Shown piece by piece: positions 7,923-16,496 of a stretch of DNA of 32,000 nt. The notes beneath the pieces were generated by a model, which was not told the DNA's origin, did no database searches, and saw only the letters and a list, made by a program, of their open reading frames with translations. Made by a program: the position numbers and the translations under genes. The stretch is from Gemmata obscuriglobus. GTDB taxonomy: Bacteria; Planctomycetota; Planctomycetia; Gemmatales; Gemmataceae. Within the stretch, counting starts at the first letter, position 1, and each line of letters starts with the position of its first letter. The stretch spans positions 4,890,001 to 4,922,000 of the forward strand of contig NZ_CP042911.1 of NCBI RefSeq assembly GCF_008065095.1, given 5' to 3'.

Positions 7923-8468
7923 AACAAGTTGGACAATCGACCTCATGTATTTCTCTTTGCCATGGGTGACCAAACGCCCCCTTCACCTGCCGCGCACGCC
8001 GCAACACGCCTCTATCAAACAGTATGGTTATGCGCCCGATCCGACGTTGTAGCACAGGTTATAACATGAACGACCCAATGTTCGGCGAACTGATGAAGCA
8101 AGTCACTGGGAAGTGATGAGCCGCTAGGATAGGATAAACGCAGCCAGCCGGTCGCGGTCCGACGGGTGGAACGGATCACCCGCAACCTCCCCGTTCGACC
8201 ACAACCGGCCGGCTCATTGGGGAACACGGTTCCGGCCGCATCCCCCTGCCTCTTCTGTTCCAGCCCCGTTTCATCTCTTCGGCGGTGCCGGTTGAGAACG
8301 GAAGTATCTAAAGCACGCGCCGTGCCAAAGGCGTTTTTGAACGTTTTGCGGCTAAATGCATGGCTCTACTAATTCTATCCTCTTAGTCAATAGGCAAAAA
8401 CTGCCATTCAGCATGAATTCGTCGTGTAGCTTTTACACAGCACCTGCTACCTACTGCAAAAACTGCAC

Positions 8469-9755
8469 TCACCTCATCAACACGATCCGCACATCCATGA
8501 CATTCGTTCCGGTCAGCCCGGTTTTGATGAGTCCTCCGGTGCGCTCGAAAAAGTGATACGCATCGTGGCGGCGAAGAAACTCTTCCGCAGTCCCTACTTG
8601 CGCGAGCGTTGCGGCGTCGGCAACGGCTCCGGCGGCGTCGGTCGGGCCGTCCTCGCCGTCGGTACCGGCACTCAAGACAGTCACGCCGGCCATCTCGGAT
8701 TTGAGTTTCACCCCCAGGGCCAGAACGAACTCCTGGTTACGCCCCCCCTTCCCCATTGCCCCGCCGAGGGCGACCGTCGTTTCGCCGCCGAGCAGAACGC
8801 AGGCGGGCGGCCCGAGGGGTTCGGCGTCGCGCCAGATGCTGCGCACCACTCCCGCGACCGCCGTCGCCACTTCGCGCGTCTCCCCCTCGACGAAGGCGCC
8901 CAAGTCGAGCACGCGGTAGCCGAGCGCGGCGGCACGGTGGCGCGCGGCGTCGAGCGCGATCCGGTTGCTCCCGAGCACGCGGTTCTCGACGCTCGGTGGC
9001 GCCTGCTTGGGCGTCTCGGGAGAGAGCCCGCCTCGCCCCGCTTCGAGGTGGTGCAGCACGCTCGCCGGGGTCGCGTCGCGTAACCCGTACCGTGTCAGCA
9101 CGTCGAGCGCGTCGGCGAACGTGGTCGGGTCCGGAGCGGTCGGCCCGGACCCGATCACGTCGAGCGGGTCACCGACCACGTCGGAAATGATGAGCGACAC
9201 CAGCCGCGCGCCGCGGAACGCCTGCGCGAGTCGCCCCCCCTTCAGCCGCGACAGGTGCTTGCGGACGCAGTTCATTTCGTCGATCGTCGCCCCGGACCGG
9301 TGGAGCAGTTTCGTCACCGCGAGCTTGTCCGCCAGCGAAACGTTCTCGACCGGAGCAGGAAGGAGCGCCGACCCGCCGCCCGAAAGCAAACACACCGCGA
9401 CATCATCGGGACCGGCGCCGGCCAGCAACCGGAGCATCTCCTCCGCGCCGGCCACGCCCTCCGCGGTCGGTTCGTTCACGCCCTGGGGGCGCCCGGCGTG
9501 CAGCCGGACGCGCCGCAGCGGCGCGGTTAGCCCCGCGGGCACGTTCACCAGCCCTTCAACCCGGTCCAGCCGGTCGGCGAGAGCGGCTTCGAGCCCCGCC
9601 GCCATGCCCGGCCCGGCTTTGCCGGCCCCCACGACCAGAACGCGCCGCGCGGCGCGGATCATCGGATCGGACTCCACCGCCGCGCGGACCAGCGGTTGCG
9701 GTCGGACCGCATCGACGGCCGCCCGCCAGATTTCAAGTGCGTGTTCGCGTGACAC
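8469..9755 (-). CDS. Glycerate kinase, MOFRL family (DUF4147 + MOFRL domains)
   Basis: Motifs GAGKAGPGMA, LSGGGSALL, CVRKHLSRLKGGRLA, SDVVGDPLDVIGSGPT, GGETTV, GKGGRNQEF, AGTDGEDGPTDAAGA. GTG 9755 with AGGAGG 6 nt upstream gives 428 aa. The track's longer 524-aa form would overlap the divergent gene at 9823. Confidence 0.85.
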   Translation of the reverse strand: MSREHALEIWRAAVDAVRPQPLVRAAVESDPMIRAARRVLVVGAGKAGPGMAAGLEAALADRLDRVEGLVNVPAGLTAPLRRVRLHAGRPQGVNEPTAEGVAGAEEMLRLLAGAGPDDVAVCLLSGGGSALLPAPVENVSLADKLAVTKLLHRSGATIDEMNCVRKHLSRLKGGRLAQAFRGARLVSLIISDVVGDPLDVIGSGPTAPDPTTFADALDVLTRYGLRDATPASVLHHLEAGRGGLSPETPKQAPPSVENRVLGSNRIALDAARHRAAALGYRVLDLGAFVEGETREVATAVAGVVRSIWRDAEPLGPPACVLLGGETTVALGGAMGKGGRNQEFVLALGVKLKSEMAGVTVLSAGTDGEDGPTDAAGAVADAATLAQVGTAEEFLRRHDAYHFFERTGGLIKTGLTGTNVMDVRIVLMR

Positions 9756-9787
9756 CGCTTCTCCTCCTGCCGCCCGTGCGCCGGTGC

Positions 9788-9796
9788 TGGTACAAT
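9788..9796 (+). promoter_or_regulatory. Candidate extended -10 promoter element (TGGTACAAT) for the PHP-maa-hydrolase operon
   Basis: A TGnTACAAT motif lies 27 nt upstream of ATG 9823 in a 67-bp divergent intergenic region. AAGGA SD before the ATG. Confidence 0.3.
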
Positions 9797-9822
9797 AGCG
9801 GCATTCCTCAAAAGGAACCGCG

Positions 9823-10446
9823 ATGAAGTTCGACCTGCACATGCACACCGCCCGCCACTCGCCCGACGCCGACTCCGATCCCTTTGATCTGGTGGAATCT
9901 GCGCTCGAGGCCGGGCTCGACGGCATCGTCATCACCGAACACGATTTCCTTTGGACGGAATCCGAACTGGAGGAACTCCGTGCCGCGGCCCCCGGGCTAG
10001 TGATCCTGGCCGGAATCGAGGTCACCGGGCGCGGCGGCGACATGCTGTGCTACGGCGTCACGGACCCGTTCGCGCTGCCGAGAGGGATCGGGTGGCCGGA
10101 GCTGTGCAAGGAGGTTCACCGGCAGGGCGGCGCGTGCGTCGCCGCACACCCGAACCGGTGGAACCAGCCGTTCGAGCAGATCGTCGCCGAGCAGAACCCC
10201 GAACTGGACGGCATTGAGGTGATGTCGAACAACATGGACGCCGGGCTCCGCGCGAAGGCAAGCAAGTTGCTGGTCAAGTTCCCTCACTACGCCCAGCTCG
10301 GCAACAGCGACTCCCACCAGCCGGAAACGGTCGGGTGCTGCTACACCGACTTCGACGCCACGATCCGCACGAACGCCGATCTGGTGGCCGCGATCAAGGG
10401 CCGCAAGGGACTCGCACGGGTGAACGGCTATGCGCACCGAACGTGA
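9823..10446 (+). CDS. PHP-domain metal-dependent phosphoesterase
   Basis: The N-terminal FDLHMHTARHSPDA matches the PHP DLHxHT..S.D signature, followed by ITEHD, AAHPNR and GNSDSH metal-ligand-like motifs. Confidence 0.8.
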   Translation: MKFDLHMHTARHSPDADSDPFDLVESALEAGLDGIVITEHDFLWTESELEELRAAAPGLVILAGIEVTGRGGDMLCYGVTDPFALPRGIGWPELCKEVHRQGGACVAAHPNRWNQPFEQIVAEQNPELDGIEVMSNNMDAGLRAKASKLLVKFPHYAQLGNSDSHQPETVGCCYTDFDATIRTNADLVAAIKGRKGLARVNGYAHRT

Positions 10447-10984
10447 GAAGATGCTGGCGGGCGAGCTGTACGACCCGCTCGACCAGGAGCTGACCGCCGC
10501 GCGGACGCGCGCCCGCGACCTGCTCTGGAACCTGAACGCCACCCGCGAGTCGGACGCGGCCGTTCGCGCGAGCATCTTGAAGGAGCTGTTCGGCTCGATG
10601 GGCGCGGGCGTGTGGCTCCAGCCGCCCTTTTTCTGCGACTACGGGGCCAACATCCACCTCGGCGAGCGGGTGTACTTCAACTTCAACTGCGTGCTGCTCG
10701 ACGTGTGCGAGATCCGCGTCGGCGACCGCACGCTGTTCGGCCCGGCGGTGCAGATCTACGCGGCCACGCACCCGCTCGACGCCGAGCTGCGCAAGACCCG
10801 CGAACTCGGGAAGCCGGTGCGGATCGGCTCGGACGTGTGGGTCGGCGGCGGCGCGATCATCACCCCCGGCGCAACGATCGGCGACCGCACGGTGATCGGC
10901 GCCGGAAGTGTAGTCACCAAGGACGTTCCGGCCGGCGTACTTGCGGTGGGCAACCCGTGCCGGGTGGTGCGGGAGCTATCGTAA
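10430..10984 (+). CDS. maa: Maltose/galactoside O-acetyltransferase (left-handed beta-helix)
   Basis: The N-terminal Mac-type segment (EKMLAGELYDPLDQELTAAR) is followed by hexapeptide repeats (IGSDVWVGGGAIITPGATIGDRTVIGAGSVV). The ATG overlaps the PHP gene by 17 nt. Confidence 0.85.
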   Translation: MRTEREKMLAGELYDPLDQELTAARTRARDLLWNLNATRESDAAVRASILKELFGSMGAGVWLQPPFFCDYGANIHLGERVYFNFNCVLLDVCEIRVGDRTLFGPAVQIYAATHPLDAELRKTRELGKPVRIGSDVWVGGGAIITPGATIGDRTVIGAGSVVTKDVPAGVLAVGNPCRVVRELS

Positions 10985-10987
10985 CCC

Positions 10988-11660
10988 GTGGCCGCGCCCC
11001 TCCCGATTGTTCTGCTGTCCGGCATGACGGCCGACGAGCGACTGTTCGGCCCACAACTCGCCGCGTTTCCCGAGGCGCGGGTTCAGCCGTGGATCGCGCC
11101 CCGTCCGCATGAATCGATCCGGCACTATGCCGCCCGCATCGCACGCCGATCCTGGCAGCCCGTGTATCGTCGGCGGCGCGTCGTTCGGCGGCGTGGTGGC
11201 ACTTGAGATGGCGCACCACCTCGACGCGCGGGCGTGTGTGCTGATCGGCAGCATCCGCTCACAGGTTGAACTGCCGTGGCGCTGGCGGCTCGCGCAACCG
11301 CTCGCACTCCTCGGACCCGACCGGGCCAAAGCAGTTATGGGGCTCGTCGTGCGATTCGGAAGAGGGTACTTGCCCGAAGGGACCGTGCGACGGTTCCAGC
11401 GGCTGTTGCGGCCCGAAGCGGCATTCGTGCGCTGGGCGATGTGTGCCGTCTGCCGGTGGCGCGCCCGGCTGGCACCGCGAGGCGTTCCCGTCTTCCAGAT
11501 TCACGGCGCGAACGACCAAACGTTACCCGCCGCACTGACACGGCCCGATGTGCTCGTACCGGCTGGGAGTCACGCGCTGACGCTCTTCAGCCCGGCGGCG
11601 GTCAACGCATTTCTTGCCGCTGTGCTCGCGCGTCCAAAGCCTGAACGTCCCGGGTCGTAA
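10988..11660 (+). pseudogene. Alpha/beta hydrolase, split by an apparent frameshift near 11141-11148
   Basis: Frame 2 encodes PIVLLSGMTADERLFGPQL...IRHYAARIA. Frame 3 continues DPGSPCIVGGASFGGVVALEMA (GxSxG nucleophile elbow) through to the stop at 11660. GTG 10988 lies 3 nt after the maa stop. Confidence 0.6.
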
Positions 11661-11727
11661 AAATCAACGACCGCTTGGCGGAGATCTTCGACGTTTGCGA
11701 CACGGGACGTTCAGACCTTCGACTCGA

Positions 11728-13170
11728 TCACGCCAGCACGTCCTTCACCACCTTGCCGTGAACGTCGGTGAGCCGGAAGTCGCGGCCGGCGTAGCGGTAG
11801 GTGAACTTCTCGTGGTCGAACCCGAGCAGGTGCAGCATCGTCGCGTGCAGGTCGTGGACGTGGACCGGCTTCTCCACCGCCTTGAACCCGAACTCGTCCG
11901 TCGCCCCGACCGCCTGCCCCCCCTTCACCCCGCCGCCCGCGAGCCACACCGAGAAGCCCCAGTGGTTGTGGTCGCGGCCGTTGATCTTGCCCGCGTTCGA
12001 GCCCGGCGTCGGCAGCTCCACCACCGGCGTGCGGCCGAACTCGCCGCCCCACAGGATCAGCGTTTCCTCGAACAGCCCGAGCCGCTTGAGGTCGGCGATC
12101 AGCGCCGCGATGGCCCGGTCCACCTGCCCCGCCAGGCGCCGGTGCTCTTTCTCCAGGTCGTCGTGGCTGTCCCACGGCTGGACCGGGCCGTGGCTCACCT
12201 GCACGAACCGCACGCCGCGCTCGATGAGCCGCCGCGCCATGAGCAGGCTCCGCGCCTGCTCGCTGTTGCCGTAGGCCTCGAGCGTCTGCTTCGACTCTTT
12301 GGTGATGTCGAACGCGTCGCTGGCCTCCACCTGCATCCGCGACGCCAGCTCGAACGACTGGATGCGGGCCTCCAGTTGCGGGTCGTTGGGCCGCGCCCCC
12401 TGGTGCATCCGGTTCAGCTTCGCGAGCAGGTCCAGTTGCTTCCGCTGGTCGGCCTTAGCGACGGCCTTGTTCTTCACGAACTCGACCAGCTTCTCGACGT
12501 CCGTGTGCCGGGAATCGACGTAGGTGCCCTGGAACACGCCGGGGAGGAACCCCGACTGCCAGTTCTGGTTCTCTTGCAGCGGGTAGCCGCCCGGGCACAT
12601 CGCGACGAACCCGGGCAGGTTCTGGTTCTCGGTGCCCAACCCGTAGGTCACCCAGGACCCCATGCTGGGCCGGATCTGCCGCGGCTCGCCGCAGTTCATC
12701 AGCAGGAACGACGGCTCGTGGTTGGGCACGTCCGCGTGCATCGAGCGGATCACGCAGATGTCGTCCGCGTGCTGCGCGGTGTGGGCGAACAGCTCGCTCA
12801 CCTCCAGCCCGCTCTTGCCGTACTTCTTGAACTTGAACGGGGACGGGAACGCGGCGCCGGTTCGGCGCTCGGTGCGGAGGTTGGTGGCGGGCAGCGACTT
12901 GCCCGCGTACTTGTCCAGCGCCGGCTTCGGGTCGAACGTGTCGACCTGGCTCGGCCCGCCGTTGGCGAAGATGTGGATGACCCGCTTCGCCTTCGCCGCG
13001 AAGTGCGGCTTCTTCGGCGCCAGCGGGTTCAGCTCATCGGCCGCGAGCAGCCCCGCGTTGCCCATGAGCTGCGTGAGGCCGAGCAGGCCCATGCCGACCC
13101 CGGACCGGGTCAGCATCTCGCGGCGGGACAAGGCAGCATTCGGAATTCGGAGCGCGGGATTCAAGCCCAT
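11728..13170 (-). CDS. DUF1501 family protein (sulfatase-like fold) with Tat signal
   Basis: MGLNPALRIPNAALSRREMLTRSGVGMGLLGL is a twin-arginine signal. Family motifs are HIFANGGPSQVDTFDPKP, WDSHDDL, GGEFGRTP and GRDHNHWGFS. It sits directly downstream of a DUF1553 gene, the usual planctomycete pairing. Confidence 0.9.
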   Translation of the reverse strand: MGLNPALRIPNAALSRREMLTRSGVGMGLLGLTQLMGNAGLLAADELNPLAPKKPHFAAKAKRVIHIFANGGPSQVDTFDPKPALDKYAGKSLPATNLRTERRTGAAFPSPFKFKKYGKSGLEVSELFAHTAQHADDICVIRSMHADVPNHEPSFLLMNCGEPRQIRPSMGSWVTYGLGTENQNLPGFVAMCPGGYPLQENQNWQSGFLPGVFQGTYVDSRHTDVEKLVEFVKNKAVAKADQRKQLDLLAKLNRMHQGARPNDPQLEARIQSFELASRMQVEASDAFDITKESKQTLEAYGNSEQARSLLMARRLIERGVRFVQVSHGPVQPWDSHDDLEKEHRRLAGQVDRAIAALIADLKRLGLFEETLILWGGEFGRTPVVELPTPGSNAGKINGRDHNHWGFSVWLAGGGVKGGQAVGATDEFGFKAVEKPVHVHDLHATMLHLLGFDHEKFTYRYAGRDFRLTDVHGKVVKDVLA

Positions 13171-13240
13171 GATAGATCACCGGTTATGGAGGCGTTGCGG
13201 TACCACGGCGGCGGCCTTTCGTTCCGCGCTCCGAATTCCG
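13141..13240 (-). promoter_or_regulatory. 17-bp perfect inverted repeat bracketing the DUF1501 start codon
   Basis: cggaattcggagcgcgg (13141-13157) is the exact reverse complement of ccgcgctccgaattccg (13224-13240). The 66-nt interval contains ATG 13170-13168. One arm is intergenic and the other covers codons 5-10. Confidence 0.4.
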
Positions 13241-13255
13241 CGTTCCGCATTTGAA

Positions 13256-15958
13256 TCAATCCACGAACGCGAACTCGTTGCTGAGCAGCAGCACCTGCGC
13301 GAGCTGCGGCCACGCGCCGAACGCGCTCTTGGGGTCGTCGCCGGCCACGAACCGGGTCGCGAGGGCCAACTCGTCGGCCGTCGGGTTGCGGCTCAGGGCG
13401 AGCCGGTACAGCGCCGTCACCTTCGCGGCGGCGGTCTTGGCGGCGGCCACTTCCTTTCGTGCCGCGAGCGATTTCGCCTGTTCCTGCACGAACGGGCTGT
13501 TCATCAGGAACAGCGCCTGCTGCGGGACGGTGGTCTGGAACCGCTGCGGGCTGTGCGTGTCCGGGTTCGCCACGTCGAACACCTTGAACGTGCCCGGCAG
13601 GCTGGTGCGGTCGATCAGCCCGTACACCGTGCGCCGCGCGGAGAACGGCGCCTTGAACAGGTCCACCGGCTTGCCGCCCTCGGTCAGGTCGAGCCGCCCG
13701 GAGGCGGAGAGGAGGGAATCGCGCAGCGCCTCGAAGTCGAGCCGGCGGCGGTACTGGTGAGCGAGCAGCCGGTTTTCGGGGTCGAGCTTGTACATCTCGG
13801 GCGTGACGGCGCTCGACTGCTGGTAGGTGGCCGACAGCATGATCGCGCGGTGCAGCCGCTTGACGCTCCACCCCTCGCGCACGAACGTGCTCGCGAGGTA
13901 ATCGAGCAGCTCCGGGTGCGACGGCGGGTCGGACCGGACCCCGAAGTCCGACGGCGTGCGCAGCAGCCCGTGCCCGAAGTGCCCGAGCCACACGCGGTTC
14001 ACCATCACGCGCGCCGTGAGCGGGTTCTCGGGGCTGGTGATCGCCCGCGCCAGCTCGAGCCGGCCGCTCCCCTGGGTGAAGGGCTTGCGGTTCGGGGTGA
14101 CGATCTCCGGGGCCTGACGGGGCACCTGCGGCCCGCGGTTGCCCGGGTTGCCGCGCAGGAACACCACCGGCTGCGTGGGCTGCGCGTTGTCGGCCAGCAC
14201 GTGCGCCCGCGGCGGGGCGTGCGGGCTCGCCGCCTTGAACGTATCGACCTTCTTGCGGATCGCGGCGATGGCGTCGCGGTCGGCGCGGTTCTGGATCTTC
14301 TCGGCGTCGGCCAGGGCGATGTCCGTCGGCCCGCCCTTCGCCAAAGCCTTGGCGACCTCGGCCTGCTCCTTCGACGGCGTCCCGGCCGGCGGGGCCGCGC
14401 ACAGCGCCTTGGCGAACACGTCCACCGCCGCCTTCAGCGTTTTGGGCTTGGCGTCGGTCAGCGCCTTCGCGACGAGCGGGTTCGTGCTCTGCGGCAGGGC
14501 GGCGAGCGCCTTGGCCTCGAAGTCCTTCTCGGGCACCGCCGCGAGCGCCTGGAGCGGCGCGAACACCGCCGACTTCGCCTTCACCTCGGCCGCGACGAAC
14601 TCGCGCCAGCGGTCGTAAACGAGCCGGGTGAGGTCGCGCTGCCGCAACAGGTTCTGCACCTCCTCGCCGCGCGCGTCGCGGGTGTCGAGGACGGCGAGGA
14701 GGTACTCGGCCACCGCCGCCGGCTCGCGGAGCTTGGCGACCGTCGCCGCGTGCCGCTTGTCGCGTTCGGCGACGATCGCGGCCTCGCGGGTCTCGACCTC
14801 CTTCTCGAACGCGATCACCTCGGGCGTCCGCGGCATGTCCCCAATCAGGGGCAGTTCGGCGGGCTCGTTGGTGCTCGCGAACACGCCGTACAGCGAGTAG
14901 TAGTCCTTCGCCGGGATCGGGTCGTACTTGTGGTCGTGGCACCGCGCGCAGGTGACCGTGAGGCCCATGAAGCCCCGGGTCACCACGTCGATGCGGTCGT
15001 CGATGATGTCCTGCTGGTTGTTGAGGAACCGGCGCCCGAGGGTGAGGAACCCGAGCGCGGCCAGCGGGCGCTTGTCCGCGCCGAGCGGCAGCAGGTCGGC
15101 GGCGAGCTGCTCGGTCACGAACCGGTCGTAGGGCTTGTCCTCGTTGAACGAGCGGACGACGTAGTCGCGGTACGTGTACGAGAACGGGAACGCCCGCTCG
15201 CGCGTCAGGTCGTACCCCTTCGAGTCCGCGTACCGGGCCACGTCGAGCCAGTACCGGCCCCAGCGCTCGCCGTACCGCGGCGAGGCGAGCAGCTTATCGA
15301 CCAGCCGCGCCCAGGCGTCGGGCGCGGCGTCCTTCGCGAACGCCTCGACCTCCTCGGCCGTCGGCGGCAGGCCGGTCAGGTCGAAGTACGCGCGGCGGAC
15401 CAGCGCCCGCTTGTCGGCGCGCGGCGCGAGCGCCAGCCCCTTCTCGGCCAGCTTCGCCCCCACGAACGCATCGATCTCGTTCCGGCTCTCGCCCTTCGGG
15501 TTCGGCGCCGCGGGCACCTGCGGCGCCCGCACCGGCTGGAACGCCCAGTGCTTCTTCGGATCGACCGCCGGCCCCTGCGCCGTTTCGGCCGGGAGGGCCG
15601 CGCCGCTCTTGACCCACTCCACGAGAACCGCGACCCCCTCCGCCGGGAGGGGACTCTTCGGCGGCATGGCGAGCTCGTTCTCGCGCTTCACCGATTTGAT
15701 GAGCCGGCTCTTCGCCGGGTCCCCGGGGACGACCACAGGGCCGTCGTCGGCGCCCGCCTTGATGCCGGTCGAAGTGTCGAGGCGCAGCCCGGCGCTCTGC
15801 TTCTTCGGCCCGTGGCACGAGTAGCAGTGGTCGGCCAGAACCGGCCGAACCTTCGCCTCGAAGTACTCGAGCTGGGCCGCGGTCGGTTTGGCAGGGTCAG
15901 CGGCTCGGGCGGAAACGACGACGCACGAAGCAGCGCACAGCGCGAGGAACCAGCGCAT
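13256..15958 (-). CDS. PSCyt / DUF1549 / DUF1553 domain protein (planctomycete cytochrome-c-like, PSD1 family)
   Basis: Signal peptide MRWFLALCAASCVVVSARA. Heme motif CYSCH (nt 15812-15826). DUF1549-like block DAFVGAKLAEKGLALAPRADKRALVRRAYFDLTGLPPT. DUF1553-like block ARCHDHKYDPIPAKDYY. Confidence 0.9.
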   Translation of the reverse strand: MRWFLALCAASCVVVSARAADPAKPTAAQLEYFEAKVRPVLADHCYSCHGPKKQSAGLRLDTSTGIKAGADDGPVVVPGDPAKSRLIKSVKRENELAMPPKSPLPAEGVAVLVEWVKSGAALPAETAQGPAVDPKKHWAFQPVRAPQVPAAPNPKGESRNEIDAFVGAKLAEKGLALAPRADKRALVRRAYFDLTGLPPTAEEVEAFAKDAAPDAWARLVDKLLASPRYGERWGRYWLDVARYADSKGYDLTRERAFPFSYTYRDYVVRSFNEDKPYDRFVTEQLAADLLPLGADKRPLAALGFLTLGRRFLNNQQDIIDDRIDVVTRGFMGLTVTCARCHDHKYDPIPAKDYYSLYGVFASTNEPAELPLIGDMPRTPEVIAFEKEVETREAAIVAERDKRHAATVAKLREPAAVAEYLLAVLDTRDARGEEVQNLLRQRDLTRLVYDRWREFVAAEVKAKSAVFAPLQALAAVPEKDFEAKALAALPQSTNPLVAKALTDAKPKTLKAAVDVFAKALCAAPPAGTPSKEQAEVAKALAKGGPTDIALADAEKIQNRADRDAIAAIRKKVDTFKAASPHAPPRAHVLADNAQPTQPVVFLRGNPGNRGPQVPRQAPEIVTPNRKPFTQGSGRLELARAITSPENPLTARVMVNRVWLGHFGHGLLRTPSDFGVRSDPPSHPELLDYLASTFVREGWSVKRLHRAIMLSATYQQSSAVTPEMYKLDPENRLLAHQYRRRLDFEALRDSLLSASGRLDLTEGGKPVDLFKAPFSARRTVYGLIDRTSLPGTFKVFDVANPDTHSPQRFQTTVPQQALFLMNSPFVQEQAKSLAARKEVAAAKTAAAKVTALYRLALSRNPTADELALATRFVAGDDPKSAFGAWPQLAQVLLLSNEFAFVD

Positions 15959-16496
15959 CCGTTTGGCCTCGGATTCGTCTGCGGGGTGGGGAACCGGCGG
16001 CGGGTCTGACTAAATATACCAGTTTACCCCCGGGTTCCCTGCCAAGCGACCCGAAATCTGCTCCGAGCGTGAGGAACCGTCCTCATTTTACGCACGCAAC
16101 GGGAGGTACGACGCGCACAACCGGCGACTTCAACCGCCGGGCCGCCCGGACCAGCCTCATCGGCTAACGGCGCCGCCACCGGTCGATTCTTTGAATGTCC
16201 GCACCGCCGCAACACTTCAAAACCCGCACTCGCCCAATGGGGTAATTTGATTTTACACGACAGTTTCTTAGAGAATTTTATCACCTAATCCGCATCGCGA
16301 GCTTACGGTTCACTCACCACTCATCCGTAAGCTGCTGGAGCCTTTGGAGCCGTCGCGCTCAGTGCCACTTCGGATATCGGTCCGCTTGGCCTCGCCGAGC
16401 CAGTGCGTGGACGGCGCACGGCCACAGGGATAGAACTATCGTCGCTATTCCCGCCCGGACCCAGTGCCCCCTTCCTCCGACACCTTCGACCACGGC

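Noticed and set aside
7923-7960. Continuation of the IS630 transposase after the IS66 element (translation NKLDNRPH resembles the expected ADLKPH), and a solo IR-like cgacctcatg at ~7937-7946 resembling the IS5-like terminus
   Set aside because: The similarity stops after 6-8 residues or bases, the frames do not join across the IS66 element, and no 8-bp target duplication supports a simple insertion model.
1-8000. Composite transposon carrying the TPR/ExeA-like/P-loop module
   Set aside because: The flanking IS sequences belong to different families (ISAzo13-like on the left, ISAs1-like on the right). They share no inverted or direct terminal repeats that I could see.
9756-10043. 5' extension of the glycerate kinase ORF to 10043 (524 aa in the track)
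   Set aside because: The extra 96 residues are Ser/Pro/Ala-rich and would overlap the divergent PHP gene by over 200 nt. The family-conserved sequence begins right after GTG 9755, which has an AGGAGG SD.
11614-16009. Plus-strand ORFs 11614-13254 (546 aa) and 12662-16009 (1115 aa), and minus off-frame ORF 13161-14942 (593 aa)
   Set aside because: These are shadows of the DUF1501 and DUF1553 genes. Their translations are R/P/G/L/V-rich strings such as HRRVQVVDVDRLLHRLEPELVRRP. The chosen minus-strand frames carry a Tat signal, a CxxCH motif and family motifs.
16024-16284. 86-aa minus-strand ORF in the DUF1553/transporter intergenic region. Also the short ORFs 7798-8055, 8015-8227, 8166-8372 and 8356-8556
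   Set aside because: They have no start-site signals, odd composition and no recognisable motifs. They lie in AT-richer non-coding-looking DNA.
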